Shown here: positions 9,455 through 18,599 of the stretch, one piece after another | Layout of the letters: each line of letters begins with the position of its first letter | Numbering within the stretch: the first letter of the stretch is position 1 | The notes under the pieces: model-generated | What the model saw: the letters and a program-made list of their open reading frames with translations, nothing else | What the model was told of the DNA's origin: nothing | Database searches by the model: none | Position numbers and translations under genes: made by a program | DNA from: Parasutterella excrementihominis | GTDB lineage: Bacteria > Bacillota_I > Bacilli_A > RFN20 > CAG-826 | Length of the DNA: 64,000 nucleotides | Reading direction: 5' to 3' | Assembly (NCBI GenBank): GCA_963614595.1 | Contig: CAVECL010000004.1 | Span: forward strand, 2,268-66,267

Positions 9455-10471
9455 ATGAGAAACATCACTATTTATGATATTGCCAAGAAGACCAAGCTTT
9501 CCCCCAGCACTATCTCGAAGGCTTTAAACGATTATCCTACGATCCCCGAAGAGACCAAGAAAAAAATCGCCAAGGCCTGCAAAGAGATGGGTTATATCCC
9601 AAACGTCTCCGCGAAAGCCCTGTCGAAGAAAGCGAGCCGCAACATCGGGATCCTCGCTTATTTCGGCTTGGACATCTCCCCCTTTAAGATGCCTTTGTTC
9701 ACCGGCATCCTGGATTCTTTCCAACAAGAGATGAACGAGAGGAATTACGACCTTCTCTTCATCGGCAGGAGCGTCGCGGGAAGAGAAGGGACTTTTTACG
9801 AGAACTGCGTCAGCCGCGACGTCGCAGGCGTTCTTCTTTTCGGAAGGCTGGATTCCAAGGAGATGCAGGAGGTGATTGATTCGCCCTTGCCTAGCGTTGG
9901 CTTCGACTACGGGGGGAGCAAAATCACCAGCGTCACCTCCGACAACTATTCCTCGGTGAAAGCTCTCACCCAGCATCTTCTTAAGAACAGCCACCGGAAT
10001 ATTGTTTTCCTCCATGGCGAGGATAATTATCCTACCAGAGAAAGAATCAGGGGTTACTTGGGCGCTTTTGAGGAAGCGGGCATCGAGCCTCCTAGGGAAG
10101 GCCTAGTCGAAGCAAAATATCTCGATAAAGAGTCCGTGAAGAATCTGACCTCGAACTTGATCAGAAGGGTCAATCCGCCTAGCGCTATCCTTTTCCCGGA
10201 CGACAGTTCGGCGATCTCGGGGCTTGAGGCCATCAAAGAAGCTGGGCTAGAGTGCCCCAAAGACATCTCCGTCTGCGGATTTGACGGCATCGAAAGCTCG
10301 CAGATCGTCACCCCTCATCTCACCACCGTGAGGCAAGACGTCAGCAAAATCGGCAAGACCCTTGCCCGTGAATTGATCCTCGCCTTGGAGCAAAGAGAGA
10401 ATTACGTCGCTCGCCAAATCGAGATTGAAAGCGCGCTCCTTCTTGGCCAATCCACTGGCAAAAAGGAGTGA
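9455..10471 (+). CDS. LacI-family transcriptional regulator
   Basis: N-terminal HTH (MRNITIYDIAKKTKLSPSTISKALN...YIPNVSAKALS) followed by a periplasmic-binding-protein-like sugar domain. The internal ATG at 9455 is preferred over the listed 9380. Confidence 0.9.
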   Translation: MRNITIYDIAKKTKLSPSTISKALNDYPTIPEETKKKIAKACKEMGYIPNVSAKALSKKASRNIGILAYFGLDISPFKMPLFTGILDSFQQEMNERNYDLLFIGRSVAGREGTFYENCVSRDVAGVLLFGRLDSKEMQEVIDSPLPSVGFDYGGSKITSVTSDNYSSVKALTQHLLKNSHRNIVFLHGEDNYPTRERIRGYLGAFEEAGIEPPREGLVEAKYLDKESVKNLTSNLIRRVNPPSAILFPDDSSAISGLEAIKEAGLECPKDISVCGFDGIESSQIVTPHLTTVRQDVSKIGKTLARELILALEQRENYVARQIEIESALLLGQSTGKKE

Positions 10472-10481
10472 TCTTTGCATC

Positions 10482-10527
10482 AAAAAGACCAATTTGGGGA
10501 CGGGATTTCCCCAGGGTCTTCTTTTTT
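10482..10527. terminator. bidirectional intrinsic terminator between convergent genes
   Basis: Nested stems AAGACC (10485-10490) / GGTCTT (10515-10520) and TGGGGA (10495-10500) / TCCCCA (10508-10513). An A-run lies on the left and a T-run on the right. Confidence 0.7.
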
Positions 10528-11980
10528 ATTTGCCTAAATAGAGCAAAGAGGCATCGTCAAAGCAGGCTTTTGCACCATTTTCGAGGCAAAGGTTGATGGA
10601 AAGCTCCTTCGCCCCCTTGGCGATGACGACTTCCTGAGAATAATCCTTCCATCCCTCCTCTAATTCGAGAATCGCTTTCTCTTTGGCTTTCTTGCCATAG
10701 ACGATCTCGATATAGGCTTTGCCCGTTGCGCCTAGCTTGTTCGCGGAGATGCTTAGCTTATAACGGTAGCCAGGATAGGCGAGAGGGAGCGTCTGCCCGA
10801 CGTAGGTGTTGTTCCCATCGTCTTCGATGAGCATCGAATGGGAGCCTTCCTTCCCCTCATCGCTCAGACTCACTTTGCCCTCGCCCGATAGAAGATCCCA
10901 ACCGGTGTACTTGCTGCCGTCTACGACCGATTCCCCGATAGTCTCAAAATCCCCGTTTACGATTTTGTTTTTGTTTTCCGTCTCTTTGACATCGATTGTC
11001 TGAATGCTCGATTTGCTGGGATCGGTATGCGTGTAGGCGGGATTCCCCGTGGCTTCGGTCACGTATTGGGAGGAAAAGGAGAAAGGGGCGTAAGAAATCT
11101 CATCGATCAGCATGTATTCCGTGTCAAAGCAAGGTGCGCCGGCCCAAGAAGGGCACCAAAGCCCAACCCAAAGCGGCATGGCCGTCTCGGGGACGCAGCT
11201 GCCTTCGATCGAGGTGATGAGCTGGCCGTCGAAAAACCAGTCGACGCGCTTCTCGTGGGTTAAGGGGTAATCCGTGTACCAGTCGAAGGTGTAGGTATGG
11301 AATTCGCCGTCGTTGATGTAGCTGATGGAGCTGACGTCGATGTCGTTGCTTTGCTTGTTGGTATGCGTGGTCCAAGTGGTGCACCACTCGTTGCTGTATT
11401 GCCCGTTCCCTCCTAATTCGATGTCGATTTCGTTTTGGCTAGTGGCCTCGGAGCCCGTCTTGCAATAATAGGTCCACATCGCGGTGACCGCGCCTTGCCT
11501 GGGCATGGCTTTCATCTTGATTTCATAACGTCCGGGGTAAAGGAAATTCTTGCTCATGATGCAGGCGCCTTCGGCTTTCGTCATGCCTGACTTGGCTTTG
11601 GAAAGGTCGCTGTCTTTGCAATATGCGCCTCTAGCGCGCACGCCCAAATAGGTAGAAGAGCCATCTTGGACGTAGAAGAGGTTGCGTGCCCGCACCCCGT
11701 TATGCCAATCTCCCGCGCCGCCCGCGTCCCAATATCCGTCGATCACCCACCAGGAGGAATCATCCATCTTTCCCGAAGAGAAATCCTCATCGAAAGAAAG
11801 CCCGCAATCTTTTTCGTAGCCTACGCGGTTCTCCACGTCTTTGTAATATGCGTCGCCATCAAAAGCGACGGGCTGTATCAAATCCCCCTTGTTTCCATTC
11901 TCTTCCTTGCCTTGAGAGCAGGAAGCGAGGCTCAAGGCGCTCGCGGCGAGGGGCAGCAAGAGGACAATTCTCTTTTTCAT
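10526..11980 (-). CDS. GH16 beta-glucanase (laminarinase-type) lipoprotein with C-terminal CBM4/9-like module
   Basis: Lipobox LSLASC. Catalytic motif EIDIELGG (nt 11417-11431). C-terminal NGDFE...GW jelly-roll-like module. The ATG at 11980 has an AAGGAG RBS; the listed 12043 start is discounted. Confidence 0.85.
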   Translation of the reverse strand: MKKRIVLLLPLAASALSLASCSQGKEENGNKGDLIQPVAFDGDAYYKDVENRVGYEKDCGLSFDEDFSSGKMDDSSWWVIDGYWDAGGAGDWHNGVRARNLFYVQDGSSTYLGVRARGAYCKDSDLSKAKSGMTKAEGACIMSKNFLYPGRYEIKMKAMPRQGAVTAMWTYYCKTGSEATSQNEIDIELGGNGQYSNEWCTTWTTHTNKQSNDIDVSSISYINDGEFHTYTFDWYTDYPLTHEKRVDWFFDGQLITSIEGSCVPETAMPLWVGLWCPSWAGAPCFDTEYMLIDEISYAPFSFSSQYVTEATGNPAYTHTDPSKSSIQTIDVKETENKNKIVNGDFETIGESVVDGSKYTGWDLLSGEGKVSLSDEGKEGSHSMLIEDDGNNTYVGQTLPLAYPGYRYKLSISANKLGATGKAYIEIVYGKKAKEKAILELEEGWKDYSQEVVIAKGAKELSINLCLENGAKACFDDASLLYLGK

Positions 11981-11992
11981 GTTGTGACTCCT

Positions 11993-12043
11993 TAGAAATC
12001 GGTTTCCTAACAAAAATTTAGCATTTGCACGCAAGAAATTCAA
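11993..12043 (-). promoter_or_regulatory. minus-strand promoter TTGAAT-17-TAAATT plus operator-like palindrome
   Basis: -35 at 12038-12043 and -10 at 12015-12020 (read on the minus strand). TAGAAATCGGTTTCCTA (11993-12009) sits between the -10 and the RBS. Confidence 0.55.
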
Positions 12044-12082
12044 CGAGGAGCAGAAAATATTGAAAGCCCTTCCAAAAAATGA

Positions 12083-12137
12083 TTGAAACCCAAAAAACGA
12101 TTCCTTAAAATAAGGGCATTGAGAAACCGATTTCCTA
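12083..12137 (+). promoter_or_regulatory. promoter TTGAAA-17-TAAAAT plus operator-like palindrome for the ABC/glucanase operon
   Basis: -35 at 12083-12088, exact 17-nt spacer, -10 at 12106-12111. GAGAAACCGATTTCCTA (12121-12137) lies just downstream of the predicted TSS. Confidence 0.6.
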
Positions 12138-12162
12138 AATCGGCTTGAATGAGGAAGAAAAC

Positions 12163-13605
12163 ATGAACAAAACTTTGAAAAGGATGCCCATCTTAGCTTG
12201 TCTTGCTCTGACTGGCGCTCTCGCCAGCTGTTCCCAAGGCGGAGGAGAGACCAAAGCCGAGGATGAGCTTTGGATCTGCGCCTACGACGGAGGATATGGC
12301 AGAGAGTGGCTTGAGAATATGGCCGCCGCCTTCGCCGAGAAGACCGGCATCAAAGTCCATGTCGATCTCGACACGACCGTGCTTGACCGCATCGAGAGCA
12401 ACCTCAAGGACGGCGGCGATTACGACATCTACATGTCTCATGACATCAACTGGCGAAGCTATGCGGCTTCCGGCTGGCTCGCCGATCTCGATGATGTTTA
12501 CAGCGCCACCGTCGAAGGGACGAATAAGACATTCGAGCAAAGATGCGTGAGCGGGGCTGCCAAAAACTCCAAACTCACCGTGAACGGGGAAGAGCATTAC
12601 TACAAAGTCTGCTACACCCAAGGGGCCGGCGGATTCGTCTACAATATCGACATGTTCGAGGAGAACGGATGGAAAGTCCCGACGACTTACGCGGACCTCG
12701 TCTCCCTTTGCAACACCATCGTGAGCGCCAACCTCACCACCTCCACCCATAAGAAGGTCGTTCCTTTCGCTTGGAGCGGCAGCGACCGCCAGTACTATTG
12801 GGACTATCCCGTCTTCGAATGGTGGGCGGAACTCGCTGGCATCGAAAAGATTGAGAAGATCCTCGAATACAAAGGCTCGGACGGGAAATACACGACGGGC
12901 TATGAGATGTATAACCCCGATACCTACTACGCCGAATTCAAGCAGGCCTATCAAATGTGGTGGGATCTAGTCGCGAGCAACTCCGCCAACAGCACCTCCA
13001 CTAGTCGCGCCGATTCTTTAGGCAAGGCGCAGACCTCCTTCATCAACGGCGAAGCCGCCATGATTCCTTATGCCCAATGGGCCAAGTACGAGCTTGAAAA
13101 CACGAACGAAGGCGAGCTCGATTTCGACATTGCCATGATGAAGACCCCGAAGGTCACCGCGGATGCGGAAGAGGTGAACTACCTCGTCGGCTTCGGCGAT
13201 TCGGTCATCGTCCCATCAAATTCCCCCAACATCGCTTTGGCTAAGAAATTCATCTCCTATATGGCGACGAAAGAGGCCTGCCATGATTTTGTCAAGGACG
13301 CCAAAGGCGCTTTCCTCGCCTTTGATTACAACGACGTCGATTTGAGCGACATTGAGAAAGACGATCCCTACATCAAGTCGATCCATGAGAAACTCTCCCA
13401 TACGAATTTTTCTCTCGTCTCGCAGAATCCGATAACCTATCTCACCACGAACAAGGTCATGCCTTGGGTCAACAATGAATATTATTACGTCAAAGCGGCC
13501 TCCGATCCCTCTAGCTACACCGCAGACATCGTCACCAAAGCGGTTTACGAAGCCGCGAAGAGCGGCTGGGCAAGCTGGTGCCGCACCGCGAGTTTGAGCG
13601 ACTGA
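12163..13605 (+). CDS. ABC transporter sugar-binding lipoprotein (family 1 SBP)
   Basis: Lipobox GALASC with typical SBP length and composition. First gene of the permease operon. The ATG at 12163 has a GAGGA RBS; the listed 12145 start is TTG. Confidence 0.85.
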   Translation: MNKTLKRMPILACLALTGALASCSQGGGETKAEDELWICAYDGGYGREWLENMAAAFAEKTGIKVHVDLDTTVLDRIESNLKDGGDYDIYMSHDINWRSYAASGWLADLDDVYSATVEGTNKTFEQRCVSGAAKNSKLTVNGEEHYYKVCYTQGAGGFVYNIDMFEENGWKVPTTYADLVSLCNTIVSANLTTSTHKKVVPFAWSGSDRQYYWDYPVFEWWAELAGIEKIEKILEYKGSDGKYTTGYEMYNPDTYYAEFKQAYQMWWDLVASNSANSTSTSRADSLGKAQTSFINGEAAMIPYAQWAKYELENTNEGELDFDIAMMKTPKVTADAEEVNYLVGFGDSVIVPSNSPNIALAKKFISYMATKEACHDFVKDAKGAFLAFDYNDVDLSDIEKDDPYIKSIHEKLSHTNFSLVSQNPITYLTTNKVMPWVNNEYYYVKAASDPSSYTADIVTKAVYEAAKSGWASWCRTASLSD

Positions 13606-13606
13606 T

Positions 13607-14575
13607 ATGACTTTGGTGAAGAAAGCCCCAAACAACGCGAAAAGAAAGACCAACCACTGGGCGGTCTATCTTTTCGTCGCTTTGATGCTGCTTTACCCCG
13701 TCGCTCATTTCTGCTTGATGTGGTTTGGAGTGAACATAAACTCCATCTTCTTAGCCTTCAAGCGCCCGAATGGGAACGGGGTGCTGGTCTGGAATCTTTC
13801 TTTGTGGGATGGCACTTCCTCTTGGTGGGATGCCCTTTTCTACAACTTCAAGACCCTTTTCATGGGCTTCAGCGATTCGACGCAGTATCCGATTTACCTC
13901 AATTCAATGATGTATTTCGTGATCTCTTGCTTGATTACCTTGCCCATTTCCTTCTTCTTCAGCTACTTCGTTTTCAAAAAAATCGCCGGCAGCGCCTTTT
14001 TCAAGGTGATTTTCTACATCCCTTCCATCATGCCCTTGCTGATTCTGTGCATGGCATACAAGTATTCTCTTTCTCCAGGTGGATTGATACCGGGTCTTCT
14101 CGATGCGATTCATGTGGGATACGGCGATTTTTTCCTTGACCTCTTCGTCAACACCGCCTCTAAGCAATGGGCCGTATGGCTTTTCTGCATCTGGGCCGGC
14201 ATCGGTTACGACGTCATCTTGCTGACTGCGGGCATGTCCCGCATCCCGCGAGATATCTTGGAGAGCTGCAAAATGGACGGGGTCAATCCCTTCCGCGAGT
14301 TCTTCAAGATCATCGTCCCGTTGACTTGGCCTACTTTCACGACTCTTTTCATCTTCGGGATGATGTCTGTCTTTAATGTCACTTTCCAGCCTTTCTTCCT
14401 TACTTCGGTCGACAAAGACACTCAAACCATTGGGCTTTATATCTACAACGCCTCGAAGGGCAGCGGTCTCCATGAGCCTGCCACGATGGGCCTTTTCTGC
14501 TCGCTTGTGGGGGCGCCGATCATCTTGGGCGCGCGCTCTTTGCTCAATAAATGCTTCAAGAATGTGGGGTTCTAA
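13607..14575 (+). CDS. ABC sugar permease (MalF/UgpA-type)
   Basis: 6-TM permease carrying an EAA-like loop (MSRIPRDILESCKMDGVNPFREFFKIIVP). Confidence 0.85.
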   Translation: MTLVKKAPNNAKRKTNHWAVYLFVALMLLYPVAHFCLMWFGVNINSIFLAFKRPNGNGVLVWNLSLWDGTSSWWDALFYNFKTLFMGFSDSTQYPIYLNSMMYFVISCLITLPISFFFSYFVFKKIAGSAFFKVIFYIPSIMPLLILCMAYKYSLSPGGLIPGLLDAIHVGYGDFFLDLFVNTASKQWAVWLFCIWAGIGYDVILLTAGMSRIPRDILESCKMDGVNPFREFFKIIVPLTWPTFTTLFIFGMMSVFNVTFQPFFLTSVDKDTQTIGLYIYNASKGSGLHEPATMGLFCSLVGAPIILGARSLLNKCFKNVGF

Positions 14576-14578
14576 ACG

Positions 14579-15529
14579 ATGAACGCGGCAACTTACAAAA
14601 TCCTGAAAGCCCTCGAAAAGAACGGCGACGCGCGCAAAGCCGATGGCTACGCTCGCAAACACGATATCCTCTATAAGCGTCACGGCGGGGAGAAAGCCCT
14701 CTTTATCGCGATGGGGGTTCTCTTCACGATCTTCGCGATTTCCTTCATCTTGCCTTTCCTTTGGATTCTGATGAATGCCTTTAAGGGGACCAAAGAATTC
14801 GCGACCGACTCTTTGGCCTGGCCTTCTAGCTTCAACTTCAATAATTTCGTTAGCGCCTGGAATTTCTCCAGCAGGGCGACATCTGGCTACACTTTCCTTC
14901 AAATGATCGGGATGTCCGTCCTCGTCGCGGGAGGAGGCACGATTGCCACCGTCCTCACGAGTTCCTGCGCTGCTTGGGTCGTCGCCAAATACCGTTTCCC
15001 CGGCAGAAGCGTCATCTTCGGGGTCGTTATCTTCTCCCTCATCGTCCCGATTGTCGGGGCGCTTCCTAGCCAGATGCAGCTCATGCGCTCCTTGCATCTC
15101 ACCGATTCGGTGATCGGATGCATCTTCCTCTATTCCGGGGGCTTCGGGAGCAATTTCCTTTTGCTCTACAGCTTTTTCAAAAACCTTTCTTGGACTTATG
15201 TCGAGGCGGCGAAGATCGACGGAGCGAGCGATTTCCGCATCTTCGTGCAGATCATCGTCCCGATGGCCAAAGGCCCGATGACCGCGGTCACCATCTTGAC
15301 CCTCATCGGACTTTGGAACGACTACATCACCCCTTCGCTTTACCTTCCTAAGCAGCCGACCATTGCCTATGGCATCTATCTCATGCAGTCGACGATGGTG
15401 GACACAAAGCAGAATTACCCGCTTTTCTTCGCGATCATCATCCTCACCATGATCCCCATCCTTCTCATCTTCGTCTTATTCAACAAGACGATCATGGAGA
15501 ACACCTCCGTTGGAGGACTTAAAGGCTGA
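14579..15529 (+). CDS. ABC sugar permease (MalG/UgpE-type)
   Basis: Permease carrying an EAA loop (VEAAKIDGASDFRIFVQIIVPM). Confidence 0.85.
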   Translation: MNAATYKILKALEKNGDARKADGYARKHDILYKRHGGEKALFIAMGVLFTIFAISFILPFLWILMNAFKGTKEFATDSLAWPSSFNFNNFVSAWNFSSRATSGYTFLQMIGMSVLVAGGGTIATVLTSSCAAWVVAKYRFPGRSVIFGVVIFSLIVPIVGALPSQMQLMRSLHLTDSVIGCIFLYSGGFGSNFLLLYSFFKNLSWTYVEAAKIDGASDFRIFVQIIVPMAKGPMTAVTILTLIGLWNDYITPSLYLPKQPTIAYGIYLMQSTMVDTKQNYPLFFAIIILTMIPILLIFVLFNKTIMENTSVGGLKG

Positions 15530-15576
15530 TCGGGGGTTCTACCCCAAACAATACAAATAGGGAAAGGAGAATTAAC

Positions 15577-17085
15577 ATGAAAATAAAAACCCTGTTGTTA
15601 TTAAGCGCCAGCGCCTTGATGCTCGCTTCCTGCGGAGGGAACGAGAACAAGGACAGCGAAAAGAAAGGCGATGAGTCAAGTCAAGTAACTCCGCCTTCCT
15701 CGGAAACCAGCAACGACAAAGAAAGCAGCGCCGGGGACGATGTCTCTAGCGACGAAAGCCAGAAGGAGGAAAAATCCTCCGAAAGCGCAGGCCAAGATGA
15801 TAGTTCTGAGCCGAGGCCCGCTGAGAAGGCAAACCTCTTCTATCAAGATGGCGACATCCTGATTGGACAGGGCGAGACCGCGATGAGCAACGGCCAAATC
15901 GGATGCTGGTTTGGCGATGGCGGAAAAGTGACCGCCTTTACCCACGCAAACGGCAAATACAGCCTCTCTTATGCGGCCGCTGGCCAATGGTATGGCGTCC
16001 AGGTCTTCTATAAGCTGCCTTATTCGGTCGCCGGCGACTCCTATCACATCGAAACAACCTTCCATAGCGATACGGCAGGCACGTTCACCATCAACAACGA
16101 GACCATCACCGTTGAGGCGAATACCGACTACTCCTATTCAAAGGATTTCACGACTACCTCTGCCACCGTCATTTCCATGCAGCTTGGCGTAAATGGGACC
16201 AGCGTAATGGGCGGTTCCTTGCTCACCTTCACAGATCCCGTCATCAAAGACAACGGGGACAACAAGTACCATAAAGTCACCTTCAAAAACGGCGATGTCG
16301 CGGTCAAGGAAATCCAAGTCAGAGACGGCAAGACCGTCAAGGCTCCTGCTGATCCAACCGCCCCCGAAGGCCAGATCTTCGATGGCTGGTATGACGGGGA
16401 AACCAAATTCTCTCCTGATGCCGTCATTAGCAGCCCGAAAACCTATATCGCCAAATTCGCCGACGCCTCATCCTCCAAAAAAGTCACTTTCAAGACCGCG
16501 GACGGGAAAGTGCTTAAAGAAATCGACGCCGTCTCCGGCAAGACCATCACGGCTCCGACGGATATCAGCATCTACGCTTATTCGATCGTCGGCTGGCTGA
16601 CCACCGAGGGAGCGCCCTTCGATTTCGCCACCCCAATAAGCGATGATCTGACTCTCATCGCAAAAACCCAGATCAGCCCGACGACCTATTTCAACGCCGC
16701 GGATACGGGATATGCCATCCCAAGCCAGCATTGCTCGGTAACGGATGAAGGCGCCTACAAGGTAAGCGGGCTCACCCCTTATAAGTCCGACTCGTGGATG
16801 ATTCAAGTGAATTTTGCACCCATTCCTGCGGATGAGGCGAAAGAATATACAATCAGCTTCGCCTATATGGTCAACAGCGACAAGGCTAAGGCCCAGGTGT
16901 TTTCCGGAACGACTTATGGGAACGTCCTCCTTTTGACCAAGTCGACCGCCTTCCAAACCGCTTCGATCACTTTCACCGGACCTCTTGGCGAAGGCGATAA
17001 GAAACTAACCTTCGAGCTTGGCGCGATCGACGACGTCGAAACCATCGAATTCCAAGTCAAAGACGTCGTCTTGACTTCGAAATAA
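15577..17085 (+). CDS. surface lipoprotein with CBM-like modules and two Listeria-Bacteroides (Flg_new) repeats; putative glycan-binding protein
   Basis: Lipobox LMLASC and an acidic Ser-rich linker. Repeats YHKVTFKNGD...FDGWYD and KKVTFKTADG...VGWL. N- and C-terminal beta-sandwich-like segments. Confidence 0.6.
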   Translation: MKIKTLLLLSASALMLASCGGNENKDSEKKGDESSQVTPPSSETSNDKESSAGDDVSSDESQKEEKSSESAGQDDSSEPRPAEKANLFYQDGDILIGQGETAMSNGQIGCWFGDGGKVTAFTHANGKYSLSYAAAGQWYGVQVFYKLPYSVAGDSYHIETTFHSDTAGTFTINNETITVEANTDYSYSKDFTTTSATVISMQLGVNGTSVMGGSLLTFTDPVIKDNGDNKYHKVTFKNGDVAVKEIQVRDGKTVKAPADPTAPEGQIFDGWYDGETKFSPDAVISSPKTYIAKFADASSSKKVTFKTADGKVLKEIDAVSGKTITAPTDISIYAYSIVGWLTTEGAPFDFATPISDDLTLIAKTQISPTTYFNAADTGYAIPSQHCSVTDEGAYKVSGLTPYKSDSWMIQVNFAPIPADEAKEYTISFAYMVNSDKAKAQVFSGTTYGNVLLLTKSTAFQTASITFTGPLGEGDKKLTFELGAIDDVETIEFQVKDVVLTSK

Positions 17086-17111
17086 TTTGCTCGGCCTTCC
17101 TCTTCGGAGGG

Positions 17112-17150
17112 CCTTGCGCAAAGGGAGACTCATCCTCTCTTTGCGCAAGG
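17112..17150 (+). other. perfect 12-bp stem-loop in intergenic spacer
   Basis: CCTTGCGCAAAG (17112-17123) pairs with CTTTGCGCAAGG (17139-17150) across a 15-nt loop. No T-tail follows. Confidence 0.5.
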
Positions 17151-17175
17151 CAAATGGCCAGAATTGGAGATAAAT

Positions 17176-18576
17176 ATGAAAAAACTAAGCAAAACTCTCT
17201 TCGCTCTCGCTTCTTTCGCCCTCTTAACTTCCTGCGGGGATAACACCCCGGCCCTAGACGTCGCCAAAGACGTCTTCGACAACGGGAAAGTCTATTTTGA
17301 GGTGGGAAGCGAGGAGAACGTTTCGGTGAAAATCGATATCGCCGGGACTATCAGCGGGATCAGCTGCGGCAGAACCAAAGCGGAAGCCGGCCAATACTCA
17401 TACAAAGACGGCATTCTCACCTTGGCGGGCGGCTTCGTAAGCAAACTCACTTTCGGAGAAAAGGACATTCGCATCACCGCCGATAAGACCACGACGGTCA
17501 AAGCCCTTGTCTGCACCAAAATCATCAAGACGGCAGAAGATTTCCAAAACATCAACGAAAACCTCGACGGGACCTATGTGCTAGGGAACGACATCGATCT
17601 CTCCTCGATTGATAATTTTGAGCCCCTTGGCCGTTACGTCTCCGAGGAAGACACCTCAAACCATTATTTCCATGGCATCCTTGAGGGAAATGGCCACACC
17701 GTTAAAAACGCGACCGTCTATTGGAGCGACAGCGTTGGCTCAAACAAGAATGTTTATGGGGGCTACGGGACGAAGTTCACCGACGTCGCCCACGTCAATG
17801 GCGACAACATCGGCCTCTTCCAGATCATCGGCAGCGCCGGAGTCGTCCGCAACGTGAATTTCAGCAACATCAAAGTCAGGGGCAGGACAATCGTCGGCGT
17901 CATCGCGGGAAACTGCGCAGGCACCGTCTATAACTGCACCATCGATTCGAAATGCAAAGCGGAGATGGGCACCCATTTCTATGACGATGACTGCAATATG
18001 GGAGGCGCTTTCGGAATCGTCGGCGGTTCGGGGAACGTCTATAACGTGGTATCGAGCGTTTCTGACCTTGTCCTTGGAGGCAAAGGGGATGGAAGCGACG
18101 ACCAAGGCGTTTACATTGATTACAGCGACGACTACAAAGGCAAGACCGATGGGAATGGCTGGGATCATGTGAATGACGAATCTTGCAATTGGTGGAGGTT
18201 CTGCGCGGTCGACAAAGTCGATTCGAAAAACAGCAAGATCATGGATAGCAATGGGGCGCCAAGCAATGGCCAATACGCCTTTGTCGGCAAATGCTGGGGC
18301 AGCGTGTCCAATTGCGTCGCCAAATCCTTCAATTATGCCCCGATGAACGAGTCTTCCCGCGCGATTTATTTCGGGCAGACCCATCTTGGAGCGAATAAAC
18401 CCACCTCGGGCGAAAGCGATATGGGCACTCTCTCCAATTGCCAAATGCTAAGCGACGAGGCGATGAAGAAAGCCGAGAACTATTCCTCTTTCGACACCTC
18501 CGTGTGGAACATCAAGGACGGCGCCGTGCCTAGCTTAATCGAACAATACACCTACCTTCCTGCCAGCCAGGAATAA
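17176..18576 (+). CDS. GLUG-motif repeat lipoprotein, unknown function
   Basis: Lipobox ALLTSC. Motifs FHGILEGNGHTVKN, IGLFQIIGSAGVVRNVNF, IVGVIAGNCAGTVYNC and GGAFGIVGGSGNVYNV resemble GLUG/beta-helix repeats. The ATG at 17176 has a GGAGA RBS. Confidence 0.55.
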   Translation: MKKLSKTLFALASFALLTSCGDNTPALDVAKDVFDNGKVYFEVGSEENVSVKIDIAGTISGISCGRTKAEAGQYSYKDGILTLAGGFVSKLTFGEKDIRITADKTTTVKALVCTKIIKTAEDFQNINENLDGTYVLGNDIDLSSIDNFEPLGRYVSEEDTSNHYFHGILEGNGHTVKNATVYWSDSVGSNKNVYGGYGTKFTDVAHVNGDNIGLFQIIGSAGVVRNVNFSNIKVRGRTIVGVIAGNCAGTVYNCTIDSKCKAEMGTHFYDDDCNMGGAFGIVGGSGNVYNVVSSVSDLVLGGKGDGSDDQGVYIDYSDDYKGKTDGNGWDHVNDESCNWWRFCAVDKVDSKNSKIMDSNGAPSNGQYAFVGKCWGSVSNCVAKSFNYAPMNESSRAIYFGQTHLGANKPTSGESDMGTLSNCQMLSDEAMKKAENYSSFDTSVWNIKDGAVPSLIEQYTYLPASQE

Positions 18577-18599
18577 CTTAAATTCCATCAGGAGACTTT

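Noticed and set aside
13904-15097. 397-aa ORF on the minus strand
   Set aside because: It is entirely antisense to two well-supported ABC permease genes. The translation is Arg/Asp/Glu/His-rich low-complexity sequence with no motifs, as expected for a shadow ORF.
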